NCBI GenBank assembly: GCA_041483895.1
Contig: JBGPGO010000001.1
Span: 460,583-524,582, forward strand
Direction of reading: 5' to 3'
DNA length: 64,000 nucleotides
DNA from: Fimbriimonadia bacterium
GTDB taxonomy: Bacteria; Armatimonadota; Fimbriimonadia; Fimbriimonadales; JABRVX01
Of the stretch, positions 26,908-37,700 are shown one piece after another. Each line of letters begins with the position of its first letter. Position 1 is the stretch's first letter. The notes beneath the pieces were generated by a model that worked only from the letters and a program-made list of their open reading frames with translations, was not told the DNA's origin and made no database searches. The position numbers were made by a program, and so were the translations under genes.

Positions 26908-29718
26908 ATGCAGCGTGTTGCGCCGCTAACGTTTCTGTTTACCGATATCGTGGGGAGCTCGAGCCTTTGGGAGCGGGCGCCGCTTGCCATGACGCAGGCA
27001 CTCGAGCTGCACAACCAAGTCCTTGCCGACGCCATCGCCTCGCACTCTGGCCGCATATTCAAGAATCTTGGTGACGGCGTGTGCGCAGTTTTCGATGGCG
27101 CGTCGGACGCCATCGAAGCGTGCCTGGCCATTCAGCGCGGCATCGATCGGCAGGCATGGGTGGGTGTCGAGGACCTGACGGTCCGCATCGCCGTCCATTC
27201 CGGCGATGCGATTGGAACAGGGGACGACTACTTTGGCCCGACGCTCAATCGCTGCGCGCGGATCCTCATGTTGGGCCACGGCGGTCAGGCGCTCCTCTCC
27301 CTCGCTGTCAAAGAGTCCGCCAAGCGCCTCCAGGAAGGCGCAAAGATTGTGGACCTGGGCATCCATCGACTTCGAGACCTATCGGAACCGGAACACATTT
27401 TCCAGCTCTCCAATGCCGGCCATCAGGACGAATTCCCTCCCATCCGAAGCGTAGACGATTTTCCGAACAATCTGCCGGCGGAGGTCAGCAGCTTTGTCGG
27501 ACGCACCGAGGCAATTCGCGCCGTAAAGGCCTTGATCCTGAAGAACCGCCTTGTCACTTTGTCCGGTTCCGGCGGTGCCGGAAAGACTCGGCTTGCCTTG
27601 CGCGTTGCCGCGGAGGTGTTGGAGGAATTCGAAGACGGGGTTTGGATTGCACAGTTGGCTGCGGTCGCCGACTCGGGCCTTGTGCCGACAACTGTGGCAA
27701 GCGTTCTCGGCGTGCTGGGGGAGCCGTTGCACGATCTCACTGACACGCTTGCAGCAGAGCTGCGACACCGGAAGCTGCTCCTACTCCTCGACAATTGCGA
27801 CCACCTTGTCGCGGAATGCCACAGATTGGTGGCAAAGCTGCTGCCAATTTGTCCGGGTCTTCGTGTACTGGCTACGAGCCGCGAAGTTCTCAACGTTGCC
27901 GGTGAGGTGGATTGGCGGGTGCCCCCGCTCACGCTTCCCACCGGAGCCCAACTGACCGCGCAGCAGATTCAGGGATATGAGTCGGTGCAGCTCTTTCACG
28001 AAAGGGCCTCGGCCACGAAGAATCGGTTCGCGATCACCGATCAGAATGCTGCCGCCGTAGCGGAGATATGTACGCGCCTCGACGGCATCCCACTTGCGAT
28101 CGAGCTTGCCGCTGCACGGGTCAAGGTGCTTTCGCCGGAACAGATCGCCGAGCGCCTGAACGACCGATTTCGCCTCCTCGCAAGGAGCGCGGGCAATGTC
28201 CCACCACGGCAGCAGACTCTGCGGGCCACCATCGAGTGGAGCTACGATCTCCTCACCCCGGACGAACAGGATTCGTTCTGCCGGTTCGCCGCGTTTGTCG
28301 GTGGGTTTAGCCTCGCGGCATCCGAAGCCGTCGCGGGAGACGCGACGCACGAACCGCTGGAGATGCTTACGCGACTCGTCGATAAGTCGCTTGTAACGAG
28401 CGACTCCTATGAAGACGAAGTCCGTTTTCGACTGCTGGAATCCATTCGCGAGTTCGGCTGGGAAAAGCTCAGCGTCAAAGAGTTTGGAACCGACGTGTCG
28501 CGGCGGCATGCGCACACCTATCGCGACCTGGTGTTTGGATCGGATGATCCCGAGCGGCTGGACCTGGAGTATGGCAACATCCGCGCCGCGCTCAACTGGC
28601 TTGCGGCAAACGAATCGGATCAGGGATTGGAGCTGGCGGTGGCGTTGGCGCCCTACTGGCGGCTGCGCGGACACGTTCAAGAGGCGCAACAACGACTCGC
28701 CGGCCTGCTGGATCGCGCCACCGCGGCACCGGGGCCCATTCGCGCCCGGGCCCTCATTGCCGCGGGGACATTTTCTACCAGCCGTTCGGAGTTTAAAACC
28801 GCTCAGTTCTATCTCGAAAAAGGTTTGGAGCAGAGCAGCAAAATCGGCGATGAAGCGGAAATCGGAAACGCCCTCAACGCCATGGGGAATTTAGAGTATA
28901 CCCGCGGCCATTTTGCCCGGGCCGGCGAGCTGTACGAAGAAAGCCTCGTCATCCGTCGGAAGCTCGGCGATCGAAGCGCCATTTCAGCCTCGCTTTGCAA
29001 TCTCGGCAGCGTTGCCCGGATGGAGAATCGAGCCAATGAGGGCCTGGCGTTTTTTGAGGAAAGCCTCGCCATAGATCGAGAGTTGGGAGATTCGATCGGC
29101 ATTGGCACGACGCTGTGCAACATAGGTGTCACTTCGCAAACCGCGGGCGATACGGACCGTGCCCGGAAATGCTTTGACGAAAGTCTGGCGATCGAGCGAT
29201 CGATTGGCAATCGTCCTGGTCTGGCTAGGACCCTACACAATCGGGCAATGCTCGCCCAGCACGTTGGCGATTTGGATCTCGCGCGCTCTCTCTATCAGGA
29301 AAGTTTGGCAATTCGAACGGACATTGGGGACCGCAGCGGCGTGGCGATGGCGCTGAACAATCTTGGTTTTTTGGCATTGGGTCAGGGCGACGCCGAAACC
29401 TCGAAAGGCCATTTTCGAGAGAGCCTCGTCGCGTTTCACCAGCTTGGGATCGATGAGGGTGTCGCCGCATGCTTGGAAGGGTTGGGGCAATCGGCGTGCG
29501 AGCGGGAAGAGTGGGAGCGAGCGACGCTTTTGTTCGGTGCGGCGGCAGCGATTCGAGAGGTGGAAAGCATCCCATTGCCTGCCAACGAAGTGGTGGAACA
29601 TGAGAAGCGTATGGCCGATTTGCGCTCGCGTCTGGAACCCCAGCCGTTCGACCGCAACTGGCTCCACGGCCGCGCAATGCCGATGGAAGAGTTGATTGCA
29701 TTTGCAATTGAGAACTAG
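26908..29718 (+). CDS. class III nucleotide cyclase - STAND NTPase - TPR protein
   Basis: FLFTDIVGS, GDG, YFGPTLNRCARI; Walker A GSGGAGKT, Walker B LLLLDN, GIPLAIELAA; C-terminal TPRs. Confidence 0.9.
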   Translation: MQRVAPLTFLFTDIVGSSSLWERAPLAMTQALELHNQVLADAIASHSGRIFKNLGDGVCAVFDGASDAIEACLAIQRGIDRQAWVGVEDLTVRIAVHSGDAIGTGDDYFGPTLNRCARILMLGHGGQALLSLAVKESAKRLQEGAKIVDLGIHRLRDLSEPEHIFQLSNAGHQDEFPPIRSVDDFPNNLPAEVSSFVGRTEAIRAVKALILKNRLVTLSGSGGAGKTRLALRVAAEVLEEFEDGVWIAQLAAVADSGLVPTTVASVLGVLGEPLHDLTDTLAAELRHRKLLLLLDNCDHLVAECHRLVAKLLPICPGLRVLATSREVLNVAGEVDWRVPPLTLPTGAQLTAQQIQGYESVQLFHERASATKNRFAITDQNAAAVAEICTRLDGIPLAIELAAARVKVLSPEQIAERLNDRFRLLARSAGNVPPRQQTLRATIEWSYDLLTPDEQDSFCRFAAFVGGFSLAASEAVAGDATHEPLEMLTRLVDKSLVTSDSYEDEVRFRLLESIREFGWEKLSVKEFGTDVSRRHAHTYRDLVFGSDDPERLDLEYGNIRAALNWLAANESDQGLELAVALAPYWRLRGHVQEAQQRLAGLLDRATAAPGPIRARALIAAGTFSTSRSEFKTAQFYLEKGLEQSSKIGDEAEIGNALNAMGNLEYTRGHFARAGELYEESLVIRRKLGDRSAISASLCNLGSVARMENRANEGLAFFEESLAIDRELGDSIGIGTTLCNIGVTSQTAGDTDRARKCFDESLAIERSIGNRPGLARTLHNRAMLAQHVGDLDLARSLYQESLAIRTDIGDRSGVAMALNNLGFLALGQGDAETSKGHFRESLVAFHQLGIDEGVAACLEGLGQSACEREEWERATLLFGAAAAIREVESIPLPANEVVEHEKRMADLRSRLEPQPFDRNWLHGRAMPMEELIAFAIEN

Positions 29719-29722
29719 TGAG

Positions 29723-31846
29723 TTATTTCGGAACCGGCGTTTGTGCCAGCGACTTCTCCGGATTTAGCTTCCCGTTCCCCCACGCGAAATTCGGAACAGC
29801 TCCCGTGAAAGTGTCCATCATAGCCGTCTTCCTAAGAATCTCCTGCACCTGCGCCGCATCCAGCTTCGGATTCTTTTGCAGCATCAGCGCGATCACCCCG
29901 GTCGCATACGGTGTCGCCGCGCTCGTTCCGCACCATGCGATATGAGCGCCGTCTTGCGCTATGCGCAACTTGTCCGGCGTCCCTTCCGACGTACGGCCCA
30001 TCTTGCACCCTTCCGCCAAAGTGGAGATCATATACCGACCCGGCGCGACGATGTCGGGCTTGATCGCGCCATCCCGCCGATAGCCGACGCTCGAAAAATC
30101 CGATATGCCTCCGAGTTCTAAGTTATATGTCGTCTGCTTACCGTCGATATTGTTCCATTTATCGCGAAAGTCGTAGGAGCCGATGGTTAGGACGTTCGAA
30201 GCGTTGCCCGGCGATCCGATCAAGAAGCGCGATTCCTCGCCCTTGCCAAACGTCGCCTCGGTTGTGAAAGGCATGTACAGATCAAATCGCCCGTTCGTCA
30301 CTTTTTCCGATGCGCCATACGCGTACAGCCAATACTTGCCCGGATAAAGGACCACCTGCAGCCGGTCGTACTTCGCACCCGCCCTCGTCACGGTCACGCC
30401 GTTCTGCTTGTTGAAATACTCTTCAAAACTCTTGGGTCCCCCCTCGGCGGGAGCGCCACCCTTCCATATCGGCCCATTATATGCATCGCCGCTTATCGAG
30501 GAAAGGGATGCGTCGAGCTTTCGCGTGGCCCCGCTGTAGGTCACCATGCAGGCAAGCGGTTTTCCCGCAGGATCCGTCAAGAATTGATCCCGCCCCAAAA
30601 CTGCAAATCCCCACTCGTCGCCAACATCAAAATAGGCGTCCAGTTCCGTCCGCGCTGTCACGAAAAGCTCGATTGGTTCCGATTCCACATCGCCCTGCCC
30701 GTCTCGGCGCGGCCCGAATCGACCGCCGGCGTGGAACGCGTGCTTGCCTTCGTTGCCCGCAGAAACGCAGATCACGACACCAGGCTTCCCGGCGCCCACT
30801 AGAGAATCGAGAAACTTCTCTTCATCCGCATCGCCGTCGTGCGCGGAGTCATGACCGCCAAGACTCATGTTGATCACGCACGGCCGGCCTAGTTTCGCGG
30901 CCACGTCGGCAATCCATTTCGCGGCCAGGTAGTAATCCATGTTGATGATTCCGCTGTCCCGGAACGCTTTGACAACGATCAGGTCCGCATCCGGCGCGAC
31001 GCCTTTGTAAATGCCTTCCGGCACGCCGTTGCCGGTGCCCCGGCCATTGCCTGCGGCCGTCCCGGAGACCGCCGTCCCGTGACCGATGATGTCTCGCGAA
31101 TTCACGGTCCCGCTCCCTTTGAGCGCGGCATTGATCTGGTCGGCGGTGTAAAGCGTGCCGACCGGCCCCTTTTTGTCCTTCAGCGGAGGCTCGGTGCCGG
31201 TCTTGCCTGCGGAATCGGTCCATGTATCATCCCACATGTCATAAAGATAGAGAATGCGTGTCGTTCCATCGGCTCGCTGGAAATCCTTATGCCGCCAATC
31301 AACACCGGAATCGATCACTCCGATGATCACACCTTTGCCGGTAAGTCCCTTCGCATCGAACGCCTCACTCCCTCGCGCGACTCCGCGCGGCCGGATCTTG
31401 GGGATATCACCATCCTGTGGGTCTGCCGGAATCTGGACCGGCCGCAAAGCGGCGATGGACACGATGCCGATCAACTCCGCCAGCCGCCGCAACCCAAGGA
31501 CCGGAACACTTGCGTAAAACCGATCTCCCGATCGACTCTTCACATCGACGTCGACCTTCTCCAATTGCGCCGCGTCCAGTCCCGAGCCGACAACCGCGAT
31601 CGAAACCACGGGGTTCGCGCTATCGCCAACGATTCCAAATCGCGTGGCCAACTGCGAGGCAGAGTAGCGTTCCATCAGATCGCCGGGCCGGAACTGCTCA
31701 TATAGCGCCGCCAACTCCGGCGCAAGAACATCGTGACCCCGGGCGACACGGCCGAACGCATAGCTGCCGGGATAATGCAGCGTCGGAGGCGCATCGCTCC
31801 ACATCCCGCATGCCATCGCACAAACTGCCAGAAGAACGCCGATCAT
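29723..31846 (-). CDS. secreted S8 subtilisin-like peptidase with prodomain and inserted domain
   Basis: GVIDSG, GHGTAV, AGNEG, GTSAATP; signal peptide from ATG 31846. Confidence 0.9.
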   Translation of the reverse strand: MIGVLLAVCAMACGMWSDAPPTLHYPGSYAFGRVARGHDVLAPELAALYEQFRPGDLMERYSASQLATRFGIVGDSANPVVSIAVVGSGLDAAQLEKVDVDVKSRSGDRFYASVPVLGLRRLAELIGIVSIAALRPVQIPADPQDGDIPKIRPRGVARGSEAFDAKGLTGKGVIIGVIDSGVDWRHKDFQRADGTTRILYLYDMWDDTWTDSAGKTGTEPPLKDKKGPVGTLYTADQINAALKGSGTVNSRDIIGHGTAVSGTAAGNGRGTGNGVPEGIYKGVAPDADLIVVKAFRDSGIINMDYYLAAKWIADVAAKLGRPCVINMSLGGHDSAHDGDADEEKFLDSLVGAGKPGVVICVSAGNEGKHAFHAGGRFGPRRDGQGDVESEPIELFVTARTELDAYFDVGDEWGFAVLGRDQFLTDPAGKPLACMVTYSGATRKLDASLSSISGDAYNGPIWKGGAPAEGGPKSFEEYFNKQNGVTVTRAGAKYDRLQVVLYPGKYWLYAYGASEKVTNGRFDLYMPFTTEATFGKGEESRFLIGSPGNASNVLTIGSYDFRDKWNNIDGKQTTYNLELGGISDFSSVGYRRDGAIKPDIVAPGRYMISTLAEGCKMGRTSEGTPDKLRIAQDGAHIAWCGTSAATPYATGVIALMLQKNPKLDAAQVQEILRKTAMMDTFTGAVPNFAWGNGKLNPEKSLAQTPVPK

Positions 31847-31857
31847 TGCTGCGCCAC

Positions 31858-32571
31858 CTAATTCGTCTCCAACACAAAGTTGGAGGCGGCCTTTCCCACA
31901 TTTTTCACTTTGATTTGGAACGCACCCATCTTCTTTGGGAACCACGAAATCTTGCACGGGGCGAAGCCGTTGGCAATCAGAAGGCCATTGGCATCGCGGA
32001 TTTCAACGAACAGCTTTCCGCCGTTGACGCAGGCCTCCGCTCGTTTCGCCCCTTCAAAATCCATTGTATAGGTGACGTTCTCTCCGACCTTCAACGCGCC
32101 GGAATCCAGCACCGGAGCGACGATGCTGCCGCGCGCGGTGACCGCCATCGCGCGGATGATGCCGGCCAACGCCTTGTTGCCCAGCCCGGTTTGCGGGTTC
32201 TCCGCCATCTTCGCGGCCAACTCCAGATAGGTCCGATTCCCGGTCTCTGCCGCCACTTGGGCAGTCATATTCAAAAGGGTGACGGAATCGTAGCGCCCGT
32301 CATCCGGCACCTGTTTCGAGTAGGTTGGCGTTATATGCCGTAGTTTCAGCGTCTGCTCGTTCGACATTCGCAATCCTGTCGCGCTCAGCAGGTAGGCCGG
32401 ATTCTTCGTCGATTTGCCCTTTTCGGCCAAGTCCAGTATCGTCTTCTCGATATCCACGGAGGCCTTCGCCTTTTCGACAGTCGGCTTTTGCGACGGGTTC
32501 AGGTTCGGTGTCTGCGCGCCGAGGACCGCGAATGCCGTCAGCGCCGCCAGGGTGATCTCTCTTTGTTTCAT
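31858..32571 (-). CDS. probable separate secreted protein, in frame with the caspase ORF
   Basis: Own RBS ggagg and signal peptide MKQREITLAALTAFAVLGA; helical region, ARG motif, then beta (PPC-like) domain. Confidence 0.6.
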   Translation of the reverse strand: MKQREITLAALTAFAVLGAQTPNLNPSQKPTVEKAKASVDIEKTILDLAEKGKSTKNPAYLLSATGLRMSNEQTLKLRHITPTYSKQVPDDGRYDSVTLLNMTAQVAAETGNRTYLELAAKMAENPQTGLGNKALAGIIRAMAVTARGSIVAPVLDSGALKVGENVTYTMDFEGAKRAEACVNGGKLFVEIRDANGLLIANGFAPCKISWFPKKMGAFQIKVKNVGKAASNFVLETN

Positions 32572-34554
32572 GGCTACTTTCCCTCCATTGGGTTTTAGTT
32601 CGAAGGCAATGTCCGCGGTGGCCCAGTAGGCGGGCGGCGGATTCACGTTCTTCGTTCCGCGCGTACCCGAGCTGGCGTCGAATAACAGCTGCGCAAGCGG
32701 CTGGCTATTCTCCGAAAAGTCCTTCATGGGGTCCTCCTTCCCTCTCTTCGCCGCAGTAAAGACAACCGGGTGAAAATCCTGCGGCTCCGGAGTGGCAATC
32801 GCCTTGAACAACTCCAATCCGTAAGGCTCCGTGAGGACCCACCGTCCTTCCAGCCGATGCCATTCACCGTCCGCTGGAATCGCTTGTTGCGCCCGCACCT
32901 GATCTTCTGACGGAAAGACGACGGCGATGTCACCCGCCGGCCCAAGTTCCAAGATAGTGACGTAGATCGGGATCATGCACGTATTCTTGACCTCTAGATC
33001 AAAGTACTCATCGACTTTAAGCGCCAGCGGCTTCGAGGCATCGATGACCCTCGGTTTTGCCGAAGTGATCTCCTTGTGGGAATCCAACTTCACATCAAGG
33101 GGCTTGATCCTGACCTGGAAATCTATCACCTTGTCCTTGCTCTCATTTCGGAGCTTCGACAGATATTGCCACCGCCATTCGCCAACAAGCGCTTCCCGGA
33201 CCGCATTCTCTTCGGCCGGCACCGACCACGACCCGCCGCTCTTGCGCTCGAAGCGAACATTGGCGCCGACCTTAGTCAACCGGACATCGTAGCTTTCTTT
33301 CGTCACATCGGCTGTCGTGGCTATCTCGGCGCCTTTCACCAAACCCGCTAAAGAGGGATCGCCAAGAAACACGGCAAGCGATGATGTTCCAATCGCGTGG
33401 CTGGTTTCGACCGCGCGCGCGGCCTTCAGGTCCTCGGGCGCCACTTTGCCTGCAAGCGAGGCCAATGAGAAATCCTGTCGCACCGTCGAAATCGTCGCGT
33501 CGGCGATCCTGTTCTTCGGGTCCTTCACGTCGGTGTCGGCCCTGTAGATCGCGAAGTGCGACCCGGCGGTCGCTCCATGCAGCGCGCCGATTGGCAGGCG
33601 GATTTCGTCGGCATTGTCCGTCGGTTGCACGACCAAGTATGGTTCCGTTGGTGCGGCGGCGCCGGCAAAGAGCAGCTTATCCGCATCGCCCTCGAACTGT
33701 GGGTCTTGGTCGCGAAAGTCGCCGACTACGTCAATCCGAAGTCTCTCAAACAGGGATCGGTAGGTGGTCTTGGGCGTCGCCTTTTGCAGGGCTTGCGTCA
33801 AGTAGTAGGTCATCGCGCCCATTCCGTTGACCTCCTTCGCGGTCTGATCGCTCCGGCAGGCGGTCAGGAGAACATACCCACCGGCGACGTGTGGCTTGGA
33901 ATCGAGAAGATGGTCTTCCCCGCTTGTCTTTGGTTTTGGTCGCGGGCCGTCCAGCTTTTCGTTCCAATCGCGTCCACGCTCCACCAATCGGCCCGCCGGA
34001 GGTTCCCCGCGAGTCGCCGTACCGGAAAAGCAACTGTCCAATATGACCGTGATGTTGCCTTTGCCTTCCATCTTCTTGCTCAGTTTGTCGAGGAGCTCGC
34101 CCACCGTGTCGTCGCGGATGTTGGTTTTCGCGCCGTCTTGCGCGCCGCAGGTCAAGTAGTCGTATGGTACGAGAGTTTCGTCCATGCCATCGATTTCATC
34201 GCCGTTATCGTCCGCAACGCGCTGGCCATGTCCGGAGTAGTCGAACACGACAGTGTCGCCGGGTTTCGCCTTGTCGATGAGCTGCCGCTGAAAGGCATCG
34301 AGTATTCCCTGGCGGGTAGCCTGCTCATCCTTCAGCACCAGGATGCCGCCTTCGCTAAACCCAAATCGGTCCTCCAGGCACCGTTTCATCATGTCGATAT
34401 CCTTGGCGCTGGTCAGATTCCACCAGTCCTTGTCCGGGCCTAGGCCGCGGTCGTACTTGCCGACAGCGACCAGCAGCGCCAGCTTTTGCGGCGCGCTGGA
34501 CCATCCCGCGATAGCGGTAAACAGTATGGATATGAGCATTGGCTGGTATTTCAT
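31858..34554 (-). CDS. secreted caspase-family (C14) peptidase + DUF4384-like domain, read-through fused to downstream protein
   Basis: LALLVAV, YSGHG, ILDSCFSG dyad, LTAC..DQTA; LKV.E....V.N....IYVTIL..G.I..VFP / EPYGLE.FKAIAT. Confidence 0.85.
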   Translation of the reverse strand: MKYQPMLISILFTAIAGWSSAPQKLALLVAVGKYDRGLGPDKDWWNLTSAKDIDMMKRCLEDRFGFSEGGILVLKDEQATRQGILDAFQRQLIDKAKPGDTVVFDYSGHGQRVADDNGDEIDGMDETLVPYDYLTCGAQDGAKTNIRDDTVGELLDKLSKKMEGKGNITVILDSCFSGTATRGEPPAGRLVERGRDWNEKLDGPRPKPKTSGEDHLLDSKPHVAGGYVLLTACRSDQTAKEVNGMGAMTYYLTQALQKATPKTTYRSLFERLRIDVVGDFRDQDPQFEGDADKLLFAGAAAPTEPYLVVQPTDNADEIRLPIGALHGATAGSHFAIYRADTDVKDPKNRIADATISTVRQDFSLASLAGKVAPEDLKAARAVETSHAIGTSSLAVFLGDPSLAGLVKGAEIATTADVTKESYDVRLTKVGANVRFERKSGGSWSVPAEENAVREALVGEWRWQYLSKLRNESKDKVIDFQVRIKPLDVKLDSHKEITSAKPRVIDASKPLALKVDEYFDLEVKNTCMIPIYVTILELGPAGDIAVVFPSEDQVRAQQAIPADGEWHRLEGRWVLTEPYGLELFKAIATPEPQDFHPVVFTAAKRGKEDPMKDFSENSQPLAQLLFDASSGTRGTKNVNPPPAYWATADIAFELKPNGGKVAMKQREITLAALTAFAVLGAQTPNLNPSQKPTVEKAKASVDIEKTILDLAEKGKSTKNPAYLLSATGLRMSNEQTLKLRHITPTYSKQVPDDGRYDSVTLLNMTAQVAAETGNRTYLELAAKMAENPQTGLGNKALAGIIRAMAVTARGSIVAPVLDSGALKVGENVTYTMDFEGAKRAEACVNGGKLFVEIRDANGLLIANGFAPCKISWFPKKMGAFQIKVKNVGKAASNFVLETN

Positions 34555-34635
34555 GGCTTTTCCTTCGTAGATACGATGATTGCGCTTGGAATATAGGTTA
34601 CCGCCTTGGGACTATCGATCTATATGCCGCCCCTC

Positions 34636-34780
34636 GGGAGCGCCGGCATCCTGCCGGCATTGTGTTCATTTCCCCGACCGTTTGCAAGCAGAATGCCGCC
34701 TGGAAGGCAGCGTTACGGGTTTCGCCTATGGGACATATAGGTCCTATACGACCTATGCCGCCTGGAAGGCAGCGTTACGG
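34636..34780. repeat. mosaic of REP-like elements and 9-mer repeats
   Basis: gggagcgccggcatcctgccggc; two gccgcctggaaggcagcgttac flanking cctatggga-catataggt-cctatacga; GH2 stop lies inside the last REP. Confidence 0.8.
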
Positions 34781-37700
34781 GTACAAGCCGAGGAGTCCCA
34801 CATCGATGTACTGGCCGCCGGCCGTCTGGCGGCAATGAACGCCGATGGTGTTGGTCCCGTCGTAGAAAAGAGCGATTTGGGCCGGGGTGAGATGGATGGT
34901 GCGGTAGTCGGTCGTGTAGCCGCCCTCTTTCCATAACAGTTTGCCGTTGACGTAGATCTCGCAGTCTTCGTCATGATGGACGCGAAGGAGCATCAGCTCC
35001 GACTTTGAAATGGTAACGGTTTTCCGCAACCAAATCTGAGGACCGTCCCAAACGGTACGGACTGTCGCGCCCGGCGTGCCCTCAGTGCCGAAACCCGAGA
35101 GTCCCTCCTTCCATCCGCTGTCATCAAATCCGCCTAACGTCCAGTCGGATGGTGGCGCCTCTGTCGTATATCGCCATGTCGTACCGCTTTCGCGCGCGGT
35201 GGGAAGAACCGGCTTCAATCGATCCAGATAGCGGTCCACGGTGATGGGCTCGTCGGACCTGATGTCGGGCACGTCGTTTTTGAGGTGAAGGATGATGGTC
35301 GGGTCCATCGGATAGCAGCCCATGTCCTCGCCATAGATCGCCAATCCTCCCTCGTTCGACGTCATGCGGATCGTGATTTGGTCCGAAGCGGGCGCACCTT
35401 CCGCGCTGATAGTCTTCAGGTACCCAAACGATCCCCGTTCAACCCCGGCCCAATGAGACAAAACACCCCGCGCGTTCGCGGGATCGTCCGGCAGCTCCCA
35501 CCGCGTCGCCGCGCCGTTCAGTGAGACGTCGATTGAGGTTGGAAACTTCCTTCCGTCCGTCTGGGGATAGTCCTCTGGGTTCACACGCGATGGCCAGTCG
35601 ACCTTCTGCCTGCCCGCTTTCGCCGCCACCTCGCACCGGAGCTCGATGGACTCAACCTGCTCCTTCGGCAGTCCGGCCGGCAGTTTCAGATGATATTCGA
35701 GCGTCCCAGCGCCACGGCCGTACTGCTTGCTCTTGATCGGCGACTCAGGCATGCTTAGCTCCGAAAACTTGCTGGAAGCGAAATCCTCCGGCCGAAAACG
35801 TAGGGCTACAGTTCGGGGATCAAGCCGCTCAACTCGCGGGGACGTTTCCCCATCTCGCACCAGCCACTGGGTGTAGTTGATGTGAACTCGGTTCCCGCCG
35901 GCGTCCTCCAGCCAAGCAATCAGGGTGGCGATGCAGTTGCGATCCGGCATTGTGAGTTCAATCTGCTTGACGGGCGTCACTCGATACCGCGGACAGTCGC
36001 CCAGCGCCTCCATCTGCGTCGGCCCGCGCCGCTTTTGTCCCAGGGAATCCAAGAAGTCCAGTCGCCAATACAGCTTGAGGCCCAGCGCGCCGCTGTAGTT
36101 GCTGACCAGGGCTGGAACTGTAACCAACGCTCCCGGCTTTTCGCGCTTGATCGCCGGCACGTCCAAGACCAGATAGTCCTCTGAAAATAGGTCCCGCCCC
36201 TGCATCCCAGGCGCCCAGAAATCGAATCCGAACTCCTTTGGCGAGCGGTCGTAGTTGTAAAACCCGTTGTGCTCCCACTCGATATCGGTCAGCTCGGTAT
36301 AGGTGTAGCCGACTAGCTTCTCTTGCGCGCGCATGGCGTTGTTGGCCGCCAGCACGCCCCAGGACCAGTCGCCGTCCCCATTCCCGGCGCTCACATAGCC
36401 ATATTCATTGTTGATCCACGGTTCGCCTCGTTGCTTTCGGCCCTCGATGTAGTTCCAGGTCTTCCCCTCCCCGATCTGGTCCTTGTCGATGCCCTCCAGC
36501 CACTTTCGATAGCCGTCCACATCGCGCGAGTACCAATGGTAGGAGTTCATGTCGGTCTTCAGGTGAGACCAGCCGGTGTTATCCTGAATCAGCCGGGAAG
36601 GATCGAAGCTCCTGGCGGCGTCAAACATCTTCTCTACCCAATCGACTCGATGCGCCTTGCCAGACCGTTCCACGGTCCAGATGCCCCACTCTTCATTGAA
36701 TACTGTCCAGGCGTAGATGGATGGATGGTTAATGTCCCGGTCGATCTGATCGTGCATGCCGTCTTCGAATTCTGGCCGACCCTTGTCGGTCACGTCGTAG
36801 AAGCAAGGGATGTCGCATTGAAGGAGGATGCCCAGCTTGTCCGCCCAATAGAGACGCCGCGGCTCGTCGGCTTTGATATGAATTCGCAGCATATTGAATC
36901 CCGCCGCCTTCGCCAATTCCATATCGCGCTTCAAGAATTCGTCGCTCGGGGCCGTGTAGATACCGTCGGGGTTGAACGATTGGTCGAGCGCCCCTCGGAC
37001 GTAGATGGGTTTACTGTTCAATAGCACATAACTTTGGCCGGAGCCTTGATGCGGTCCAATGGAGATGGAGCGGCAGCCAAAATAGCTCTTGACCCGGTCG
37101 AGTTCCTCGCCACCAGGGCTTTTTACAATGAGAACAAATGGATATAAGTGTGGATGCTCGGGCGTCCAAGGAATGGGGTCTTGTATCTGCGTCTGCAGAC
37201 CGTGATCGTTGTAACCCTCGTTAGATCCCATGGTGCCGAACGCACTATCCATTGAATGGAATTCGAAAATTAGTCTATCACTTGCCGGAATAGGAGTATT
37301 GGTCCATGTGAACGTTACCGCACCGTGATCGTCGGCCTCAGCCCGCAGAATCGTAATTGCGACGGCCCCTGTCGCCTCTAGCCAAACGGTCTGCCAGATG
37401 CCGCTCGTTGGCGTGTACCATCCGACCTGCTTCCCGGTCGGCGTGGCCGGATCTGTGTGGTCTTCCACTTTGACCTCGACGATGTTCGGCCCCCCATATC
37501 GAACCGCGTCGGTTACTTCAAACCGAAACTCAGAATAGCCACCCTCGTGATTCCCGACAGGTTTCGCGTTGACGGACACCTCCGCCTTATAGTCCACCGC
37601 GCCGAAATTCAGCCAAACGCGCTTGCCCTTCCACTTCTCGGGCAATGTAAACTGCCGCCGATACCGCGCGAATCCGTGCTTCTTGAGGTCCTGAATCCCG

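Noticed and set aside
26908..34554. Avs-like or other known STAND-caspase defence operon
   Set aside because: Genes are convergent and the proteases carry signal peptides; kept only as a weak adjacency.
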